Shown here: positions 57,901-64,000 of the stretch, one piece after another | How positions within the stretch are numbered: the stretch's first letter is position 1 | Layout: the number at the start of each line of letters is the position of its first letter | Program-made: the position numbers and the translations under genes | Source: Candidatus Atabeyarchaeum deiterrae | Lineage (GTDB): Archaea > Asgardarchaeota > Atabeyarchaeia > Atabeyarchaeales > Atabeyarchaeaceae | Assembly (NCBI GenBank): GCA_037310415.1 | Contig: CP147780.1 | Coordinates: forward strand, 1,056,001-1,120,000 | Direction: 5' to 3' | DNA: 64,000 nucleotides | Notes under the pieces: model-generated | What the model was told of the DNA's origin: nothing | Database searches by the model: none | Seen by the model: the letters and a program-made list of their open reading frames with translations, nothing else

Positions 57901-59121
57901 TACTACGTGCCGAAGAAGGGAACATATGGTAGTGGCATAGTAGCGTACGTTCGTGAGAAGATCTACAGCGAGGTGACCAGCAGGGAAGCGCTGGCTGAGT
58001 TGCAACCCAAGGGGATGAACAGCGCAGACATGATCATCCAATACATGTATCCTCTCATTATTCAATTAGCTGGCGAGAGCAGCTCCGTGTTGTCAGTGTT
58101 GAGAGATAGAATAGGGAGAGCGGCAGAGGAATTCGCTTCTACTAGGGGAAGACTACTCTCCGACACGGGCAGAGACATCGAGACTAAGGTTGTTGTTGTC
58201 ACCTTGTGGAGCAGCATCGCTAAGAAACTTGAGGAAGCGCGCCGAAGAGGCGAACTAGGCAGAGACTGCTTATGTGTCTTGGCCTTCAATAGGCGAACCA
58301 TGTCTCTCCTCGCAGACTATGTACTTCACCATATACAGCTTGGAATCCTGACGGGGGAAGGAGAGGACGGAGCGGATGAAGGTAAGACAAGACTTGAGAA
58401 AGACGATTCGAGTCGACTGGAGGCATCGGATGAAGCAGGATCGGGAACTGGAGACATTGAAAATGAGAATAAGAGGTTGATTAGGAATAGGGTCTTGGCG
58501 GTTGTCAAAGAGTCTGGGGGCATTGAGCCTCATGCGGTTGCTGAGAAACTTGGCGTACGTCTGCCTAGAGTCAGCGAGGTTGCCAAGAGTTTGAGGGACG
58601 AGGGATTAATCAAGGTTGCGAGGAATATCCCATTCATCTCCTCGCTCAAGAAAAGTAACGCAGTCTTCTATCTTGACGCAGCGAGACCGACGGTTCTCCA
58701 CGACACGCTTATGAATGAGATTTGGAGGTGGAACTCCGAGTTGGGAGGTCGCTGTAGGGACTACGGCTTTGAGTATGGTGGGAAGACTTGGTGCACGGAT
58801 GGCTTGCTTGAGAACAGAGGTGGCAGCTTCATACTTGAGGTAGTTGCTGGCGACTACGAGGAGAGGATTGTTGAGCAGCTTCAAGCGTACTCCGGCAAGG
58901 TTGGCTACATGGGGATCAAGGGGATAGTAGTAGTTTTCTTGGTTATTGATTGTCTTGTTAGGGTGAGAGAGGAGATTGCGGCTAGTGAGATTGCTCTTCA
59001 CAATGTAGAGCTTCTTACTACACTTCGTTCTAGAGAGGAGAAACTTCAATTCAAGTCACTGCTATTGCATGGGCGTACTATGTCTTATCATAGAAATCAT
59101 GATGCGATCAAGAGAAGCTGA
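54937..59121 (+). CDS. Membrane-anchored HerA/FtsK/coupling-protein-like ATPase (DUF87-type) with C-terminal wHTH and nuclease-fold modules
   Basis: 2 N-terminal TMs; HAVVFGETGSGKT, LDQKGEY, VVDDA and LRATG..VSQRP; two wHTH segments; HDTL..TDG..LEV..Y tail. Confidence 0.8.
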   Translation: MGLENRVKFRWLAWRKRVVVVLFVGVMALLLLLRFFGEAISRALSSVLPSAVSIFAQLIAPTIIASFMIFLVVFVRRGSGLFLRRKRTYNIGGLAISALELLSVPSESVRQRVRGAVSRDEQEDGAAVSDERQYQFSHLASLFEKNGSKRVGNGGGLGYEIHFKNGLIGVDFVVTGQDTEECKRRREQIEASLLSKFPVQLMEVRREHLVDLALMGFVEKANYRGTVEVLAVDNRIAQVVSGGRSRYLGVVALMGRPEMSAHEQRCQIDQFITGINSALRFGRGGEERGEVRFVVSFEASNPPKHPSDASLREKLREKPDVRLSLARKKVEVEAMEIEFGQRVGWWKVSTYVVVVSDSLGLVKQKLESVRSVLRSVWSGSHFSPVSSFLHGKEIVAYLPRIMRRVLLPRRYVTGMSSLRLSSLVHIPEEPHPPLTRMTAPLFEAPDPSVIIGSNHVDVITLGDVLNSTGGALYPLTVPVRVLGTHAVVFGETGSGKTCHIISLLWDMTGGNEANGAENELGSRIPFLVLDQKGEYRCLIRPERGIIYFLPGSRLAPLLINLFDPQGDEPESHAKRIFNIIREILFTNRTELTPQMERVLYDVLSMSIGGDWDKFNANLAEYLTLHGEELPQLGATIQGILNRVGQFTRPPLSQVFNCRESNVNFNHLVQRNAIIDLSELRRQGTPEDVRLLANIIGKYVSVASLNRGPDFSGQLRHLFVVDDALDVVPEVLAKKTTADVGTIEYMAMLLRATGQGLIVVSQRPNIAENVIGNSGVKLFFRTVVDSRDVAAWINLSEEQQAYLKVLPRQEAIIMVPQHPAPMRIRVQDVSTFVSRKVTDRDITVNNMINYPLMYDMWGEEVGRQSSENKLEPSRLHSGENSLLESETVGVKTAEAVLEEECVGKATKGEDGDECEEDKVCRLNADSREAWGKLSPCLADGLAVDSEFVSRILGVSSKVAHRMMLMLKSAGLIVVAKIPNYAYGKGFQYAYYVPKKGTYGSGIVAYVREKIYSEVTSREALAELQPKGMNSADMIIQYMYPLIIQLAGESSSVLSVLRDRIGRAAEEFASTRGRLLSDTGRDIETKVVVVTLWSSIAKKLEEARRRGELGRDCLCVLAFNRRTMSLLADYVLHHIQLGILTGEGEDGADEGKTRLEKDDSSRLEASDEAGSGTGDIENENKRLIRNRVLAVVKESGGIEPHAVAEKLGVRLPRVSEVAKSLRDEGLIKVARNIPFISSLKKSNAVFYLDAARPTVLHDTLMNEIWRWNSELGGRCRDYGFEYGGKTWCTDGLLENRGGSFILEVVAGDYEERIVEQLQAYSGKVGYMGIKGIVVVFLVIDCLVRVREEIAASEIALHNVELLTTLRSREEKLQFKSLLLHGRTMSYHRNHDAIKRS

Positions 59122-59139
59122 CTAAGATCTTGTTGCTTC

Positions 59140-59221
59140 CTATTGTTGTCTAACACGTTTCAATTCGTTTGTGCAATTCAGCATCGCCCTTATTGCCTGA
59201 GCTGCCATCTGAGGGTCCTCG
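59140..59221 (-). pseudogene. Third, 27-codon orphan acdA 3' tail
   Basis: EDPQMAAQAIRAMLNCTNELKRVRQQ*; 59180-59221 is 36/42 nt identical to 59841-59882 and 35/42 to 23657-23698. Confidence 0.88.
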
Positions 59222-59307
59222 GAACTGAGGGACTTCTCTCCCCTGGAACCTAGCCATATTCCTGTAAGATTATCGAGTGGAAAACTTAAGAAGGTTCAGC
59301 CGATCAC

Positions 59308-59772
59308 GTGACTATCGTTTCCTTGGAGCGGAGGCTTCCGATCTTGGACGAAGTTGCAGGAGCAACACTTATCCTGGCTTTTGTTACATTTCTATTGGTT
59401 GTTGTGTCTATAATTGACACGAGCAGAATATTGAAAGATGACCGAAAAGGCAGGCAGATCAAGTGGGTCGAGCACAGAATAGCCGAACTCTACTATCCGC
59501 TGAATCATAACATGGGCGACTCGATTACTCTTTACGCTTTCATGCCTTCAATAGAGAACAAGCTCTACTTGGCTGAACCTGACCTCAGGAAGGCACTGGA
59601 GGAATTCAGAAACTCCAATATAAGCATCCGAACAATTGGCGGAATGCTCACAGGGGAGATCTTGGAAAACGAGGAACATGTCAGAGACTTGAATAGGGTA
59701 ATCAAGAATCTAGTAAAATCACAGCTGGAAGGTCTTCAAGGACAACTTGACAACTTGACGGGCGCGAAGTAG
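59308..59772 (+). CDS. Single-TM membrane protein (single-gene cassette)
   Basis: N-terminal hydrophobic helix followed by a helical domain containing ELYYPL. Confidence 0.7.
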   Translation: MTIVSLERRLPILDEVAGATLILAFVTFLLVVVSIIDTSRILKDDRKGRQIKWVEHRIAELYYPLNHNMGDSITLYAFMPSIENKLYLAEPDLRKALEEFRNSNISIRTIGGMLTGEILENEEHVRDLNRVIKNLVKSQLEGLQGQLDNLTGAK

Positions 59773-59788
59773 GAAGTACACCCTGGAG

Positions 59789-61243
59789 CTATTGATGTGC
59801 TACCACTAGGGGGATGCGCTCCAAGTAGCTTTTGTAGTCGAGCATTGCCCTTATCGCCTGAGCCGCTGTCTGAGGATCCTCGTATACTGGGATGCCCCCC
59901 TCTTGTCTGAGATAGCGCAGAACCCTGCTATCTTGATTGGCATATATTGTCAATCCTACTATCGGTTTGCCGTACTTTTGCTTGAGTCCAGCGAGTGCTT
60001 TCGCTTCATCTAGTTCCCTCTTGGTTCCCATCTCTGTCATGATAGTGTCTTCCAGGACAAGGGTGAAGGCTTCCAGCAACCCTACGCCTATGACTATCAC
60101 GGCGTCAATGTAATCTTGTTTTAGAAGCGTTTCCGTACACGTTGACACTACACCTTCACCGAAGGCGCCATCGGTCAAATCAGCGGGATTAGCATGACTC
60201 CAGTACGTCGGAAGGATCTTATTCAATGTTTCAATAGCATCCTTTTTGAGTGGAGGAACTTTAAGGTTCAGGTGATCAGCTTGATCCATGAATTGTACGC
60301 CGACGCCTCCACCGAACGTTACGATCCCTATGTTAGGTCCGTGGGGAATCGGTTGGGTTGAGAAAGCTATTGCTAGATCAAACATTCTAGAAACACTATC
60401 AGCACGTATTGCTCCGCTCGCTTTGAAAGCTGCCGAAACAATTCTATCTGAACCCGCAAGCGTTCCGACATGTGATGCGACGACTTTCTGGCTCGTTTCT
60501 CCTGTTCCTGCTTTCATAACTAGAACCGGTTTTCTTAAGGAAGCCTGCTTCACCGTCTCCATGTATTTTCTGCCATCTCTGAGGCCTTCAAAATAAGTCA
60601 TGATTACCTTCGTTGTAGGGTCATGCGTGTAGTATTCAATGATGTCGGATAAGTCTAGGTTGGCTGAGTCCCCTACGTTAACAAACTTGCTTAGACCCAT
60701 TCGGCGCCGATACGTTAATCCGTGTACGATAACTCCGGGGCTCCCACCTTGTGACACAAACGCGATATTGCCGGGAAGAGGTCTTATGGGACCGAGCAAG
60801 GCTGAGAAGCTTGAGGATGCGCTATACACGCCGTTGCAATTAGGGCCAGTGAAGCGGATCCCACCCTTTCTGGCTATTCGTACGACCTCATGTTCCAGCT
60901 CTGAACCTGACTCTCCAATTTCGCTAAACCCAGCAGAGATAACAATGGCTGCTTTCACGTTCTGTGAGACGCAATCCTCCATTGTCTCTGGCACGAATTT
61001 CGCTGGAAGGGTGAAGATTGCGCAGTCAATATAGTCCTTTATCTGACTGACTCTATTGACTGTTTCAAGTTTCAATATCTTTGAAGTTGCGTTAGAGTTC
61101 ACGAGATAGACTCTGCCTTTGAATCCCCCATTCACAATATTCTTTATCAAAAAACCACTGACACTGATGGGATCTCTCGACGCGCCAATGCACGCCACAA
61201 CCTTCGGGTTGAACAATGGTTCAAGTTCCTCAAAGATACCCAA
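59789..61243 (-). CDS. acdA: Acetate/acyl-CoA ligase (ADP-forming) alpha subunit
   Basis: LFNPKVVACIGAS, ISAGFSE, GPNCNG, SQGG, ASHVG (phospho-His) and NPADLT. Confidence 0.9.
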   Translation of the reverse strand: MGIFEELEPLFNPKVVACIGASRDPISVSGFLIKNIVNGGFKGRVYLVNSNATSKILKLETVNRVSQIKDYIDCAIFTLPAKFVPETMEDCVSQNVKAAIVISAGFSEIGESGSELEHEVVRIARKGGIRFTGPNCNGVYSASSSFSALLGPIRPLPGNIAFVSQGGSPGVIVHGLTYRRRMGLSKFVNVGDSANLDLSDIIEYYTHDPTTKVIMTYFEGLRDGRKYMETVKQASLRKPVLVMKAGTGETSQKVVASHVGTLAGSDRIVSAAFKASGAIRADSVSRMFDLAIAFSTQPIPHGPNIGIVTFGGGVGVQFMDQADHLNLKVPPLKKDAIETLNKILPTYWSHANPADLTDGAFGEGVVSTCTETLLKQDYIDAVIVIGVGLLEAFTLVLEDTIMTEMGTKRELDEAKALAGLKQKYGKPIVGLTIYANQDSRVLRYLRQEGGIPVYEDPQTAAQAIRAMLDYKSYLERIPLVVAHQ

Positions 61244-61513
61244 CTCTATAGTTCACAACCACATCCTTTTCTTAGGGCTTAATAAGTTGGAAAAAGTGAG
61301 GTATAAAAGGATTCTGCGTGGATCACTGCCTTTGCTGATGTTCCCGTGAAAGCGCGACCTATATCTCGCGTTTCCCGAATTCTTCAGTTGGCAAATCAGT
61401 GACGTTAGGTATTGATGCTATCGATTTTCCCAGAATATGTTATAAAGTTATTTCCCTCAATATCAGTTGATTCTGTAGAGCTAGTCCGCTCGCTAATAGG
61501 GTGGGTGCAACTC

Positions 61514-62662
61514 TTGGTCGGCGCTAGAGAGGTTCTTAACAAACTAACATGGGACAAGAGGTACAGTTTAGTTGACTATGCGGTGATCTTTGTCCACAGG
61601 GGAGCAATTCATGATCTCAAGGTTGTCAGAGCTAGTGACATAACAGGCATGGAGAAGAGTTTCTTCGTGATCGAAGAGACCATGATTCCTTTTCATAGGA
61701 TCCGGGCTATTAGAAACATAAAGAATGGGGAGGACATCTATGCTAGGGCAGGTGGCGTCCAGTTTCCTCTTGAACAAATCGAAGGTCATGAAGCGCTGGG
61801 TGACTTCGAGGACATAGCGCATCGCCAATACCAGTCAGATACAAGAAGTGCTCCCATTGGCGAAATTTTGAGTGGCGCCAGATTATCATTTCCGGAAGAT
61901 GAGCCGGACTCATTTGGAAAGAGAGTTGCGGATGCAGCAGAATTGGAATTGGTTGAACTATCATTTTTCAAATATGATGGAAGCGCAGAGGTATCCAGTA
62001 AGTACCAATCCATTTTGAACCTCGCTGAGAATGCTTTGCTTGAATCTGCGCTCAACGTGGTTTCGCTTCACCTGCCAAACATCAATATCCTGAGTGAACA
62101 CAGAGTGCGGGAACTTCTCACTGTGTTTCTCCCCTTTTGTGGCAGAATGAATTGCAGAAGTGTAGTTGTTCATCCTGGTAGAATGTCAGGTTCCGCGCCT
62201 GGTCGTTTGCAGCGTGATGGTGCAGAGCTTATAGATATTCTTAAGAAGTTCTCAGGAGAGCTTGAACAACACAATGTTACTCTTTCCATTGAAACATTTC
62301 CTGAAAGAAATAGGGTTCCTTCGGGAGCAACAGACACACGTGAATTCATTGAGGATCTGTCAAATGTATATAGCATAGCATATGATACTTCACATACGAC
62401 TGGAGATACGGACCAGGTAGTAGGAGATATATTGAACAACATTGACTGGATTAACGTCTTCCACTTCTCTAACCGCAACGATGACGAGAGACATATGCCA
62501 ATCTTCAGCTCAAAAGGAGACCTTGACTTCACAAAGATCATACGTGCAATAAGAAGCAGCAGATTCACAGGGATGATATTCCTCGAGTACCAGCCAAACA
62601 AGTACAGGATGCTACTTGAACGTGACCTAAGAATGCTTAGAAACATGATTCACTCTCAATGA
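61514..62662 (+). CDS. DUF504 (MJ1316-like) domain fused to a xylose isomerase/AP-endonuclease-2 TIM barrel (track start 61412)
   Basis: REVLNKLTWD..HRG..IPFHRI; SLHLP, VVHPG, IE, DTSH, FHFSN..HMP and LEY. Confidence 0.75.
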   Translation: MVGAREVLNKLTWDKRYSLVDYAVIFVHRGAIHDLKVVRASDITGMEKSFFVIEETMIPFHRIRAIRNIKNGEDIYARAGGVQFPLEQIEGHEALGDFEDIAHRQYQSDTRSAPIGEILSGARLSFPEDEPDSFGKRVADAAELELVELSFFKYDGSAEVSSKYQSILNLAENALLESALNVVSLHLPNINILSEHRVRELLTVFLPFCGRMNCRSVVVHPGRMSGSAPGRLQRDGAELIDILKKFSGELEQHNVTLSIETFPERNRVPSGATDTREFIEDLSNVYSIAYDTSHTTGDTDQVVGDILNNIDWINVFHFSNRNDDERHMPIFSSKGDLDFTKIIRAIRSSRFTGMIFLEYQPNKYRMLLERDLRMLRNMIHSQ

Positions 62663-62715
62663 GATTGCAGAGAAATAAAAAAGAGGAGTATGTGAAACAA
62701 TCAATTTCTCTGATT

Positions 62716-63096
62716 CTACCCCAATGGAATAACTCCAACAGTCATCGCGAGTTTTATGAACATGGCAATTTCATTGCCTGCGCCGTAGATCATGAGTTTT
62801 CCTTGCTCCAGAAGCGAACCTCCGCCAATTGGCTTTGCCTTGCCTGAGATCATGTCGTTCCACGCGTCTGGATCGACTTTTAGGGTCAGATCGGGTGCAG
62901 GATATAGTCCACTTCCAAATTCTGCGCCATCAGGGCGGAAGACTATGTGGAACTCCTTCGCGCCGATCTGGAAATTATGGATCCTCCCATAGTATCCCTT
63001 AAGCCATGTTTTGAGAACATCTTTAGCTTTGGGGTTCTTGTTGATTGAATCTACGAGTTTCTTGAATCCCGCTTCGACTTTTTCTAGGTCTACCAT
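62716..63096 (-). CDS. SCP2 sterol/lipid-binding domain protein
   Basis: PDLTLKVD..WNDMISG..GKLMIYG. Confidence 0.75.
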   Translation of the reverse strand: MVDLEKVEAGFKKLVDSINKNPKAKDVLKTWLKGYYGRIHNFQIGAKEFHIVFRPDGAEFGSGLYPAPDLTLKVDPDAWNDMISGKAKPIGGGSLLEQGKLMIYGAGNEIAMFIKLAMTVGVIPLG

Positions 63097-63139
63097 CTCT
63101 CAATTCACCTTCATCTATTATGCGATCCATTTCCTCTCC

Positions 63140-63394
63140 TCAGGTCTGCTTTGCTGCGTACTCCTTTATGGCATCCAAGCACACTCGGCGCAGATTTCCA
63201 GCTGAGATGCTGCCATATTTCTTGACCATCTTCTTTTCAAGCTTGTCCACGACATCGTCAGGCAATACTAGCTCCACGTGAACTTTGTTTATATCTAGAA
63301 ACCACCTGCCCATGCTTCCAAAGTAGGCATGTTCCACAATCCACTTCGACAGATCTTCTTTCTCTATTCTGGTTTTTCCAAGCCACTCACTCAT
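63140..63394 (-). CDS. Small protein with C-terminal ribbon-helix-helix-like segment
   Basis: ELVLPDDVVDKL..KKYG..DAIKEY. Confidence 0.5.
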   Translation of the reverse strand: MSEWLGKTRIEKEDLSKWIVEHAYFGSMGRWFLDINKVHVELVLPDDVVDKLEKKMVKKYGSISAGNLRRVCLDAIKEYAAKQT

Positions 63395-63412
63395 TGTTAG
63401 GACTCTCCCTCC

Positions 63413-63706
63413 CTATTTTGCTAGGTTATACTCTGCATCAATTGTCGATTTAGTGTAGATTCCCTTCACCTTCTCGATTTTCTTGACTCCTGTTGGATCC
63501 TTCATGAAGATCATAAACCCCATTGGCCAGTCCAGTGCTATCCTCTGCTGATCGCCCTTCTTTCTACCGACCTCTATGAGTCCGCCACCTGTTAGCCAAT
63601 TCTCAACGATGAGTCTGCAGAGATCCTCTGTTTTCATTCCAGCGGTTTTGGCAAATTCATCAATTTTCGCTTTGACTTGAGGAGTCAGTTCAAATGATAT
63701 TGGCAT
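63413..63706 (-). CDS. Small protein with N-terminal RHH-like segment
   Basis: ISFELTPQVKAKIDEFAK..LCRLIVENWL; GGAGG RBS. Confidence 0.55.
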   Translation of the reverse strand: MPISFELTPQVKAKIDEFAKTAGMKTEDLCRLIVENWLTGGGLIEVGRKKGDQQRIALDWPMGFMIFMKDPTGVKKIEKVKGIYTKSTIDAEYNLAK

Positions 63707-63731
63707 TGATTTTTCTCACTTCCTCCTTCTT

Positions 63732-64000
63732 TCATTTCTTTCGCAGTGCAGCCCTAACGTATGGTTTTCCCCAATACTCAGAGAAAGTGACGCCTTCAAA
63801 TGGGTATCTTGTTGGCCCAAGTGCTCTTGATCTTTCTGGCACGCCCAGACAGAATGCTGTTACGGGACGCCACCCGTATGGGATTCCAAAGTGCTTTAGA
63901 ACCATGTCGCGTCGCCTTTCATCGCCTATGCATGGGAAACTGTCCCATCCTGCTCCGAGTCCCAAGGCTGTTGCTGCCAACCACATGTTCTCCATTGACA
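63732..64000 (-). CDS. Nitroreductase-family protein, 5' end outside the window
   Basis: ENMWLAATALGLGAGW..LGVP..R. Confidence 0.85.
   Translation of the reverse strand, partial: SMENMWLAATALGLGAGWDSFPCIGDERRRDMVLKHFGIPYGWRPVTAFCLGVPERSRALGPTRYPFEGVTFSEYWGKPYVRAALRKK

Larger units (their letters stand above)
23986..60169. mobile_element. ~36 kb defence-rich genomic island inserted in the acdA 3' region; no recognisable integrase
   Basis: Flanked by diverged direct copies of the acdA 3' end; dense R-M/defence cargo; several pseudogenes; housekeeping acyl-CoA genes on both sides. Confidence 0.88.

Noticed and set aside
1-64000. CRISPR array, tRNA/rRNA genes, IS elements, DGR/retron reverse transcriptase
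   Set aside because: No regularly spaced repeats, RNA-gene signatures, transposase or RT motifs seen by eye; a tool-based scan could still find small ones.

Overview
Archaeal chromosome segment, most likely Asgard. A longin-domain protein and an alpha-SNAP-like TPR protein are present and GGAGG/GAGGTGA ribosome-binding sites are common; the taxon is an inference. Positions 1-23.6 kb and 60.2-64 kb are housekeeping: serS, a sugar aminotransferase, a PriS-like primase, an AN1-M50 protease, a RimK-type ligase, tldD/pmbA, a KaiC-like ATPase and an acyl-CoA cluster. A ~36 kb defence-rich island (23986-~60169) sits in the 3' part of an acetate-CoA ligase alpha-subunit gene (acdA). The intact gene is on the right, an orphan synonymously diverged 123-codon copy of its 3' end is on the left, and a third 27-codon tail brackets a single-gene cassette. 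No integrase or transposase is recognisable. The apparent core genes are a double-motif LAGLIDADG protein with tandem excisionase-type HTH domains, preceded by a large structured leader, and a membrane HerA/coupling-protein-like ATPase with wHTH/relaxase-like C-terminal modules. Degenerate copies of the LAGLIDADG gene's last helix (VERLKREL) recur between cargo blocks, suggesting an array that grows by repeated 3'-end-replacement insertions. Cargo includes two type IIG-like R-M modules, GmrSD-like, SIR2, HEPN, PIN, PLD, HD and DUF365 proteins, and a nucleotide-cyclase-STAND-helical-repeat (NLR-like) protein. All alignments and counts were done by eye.
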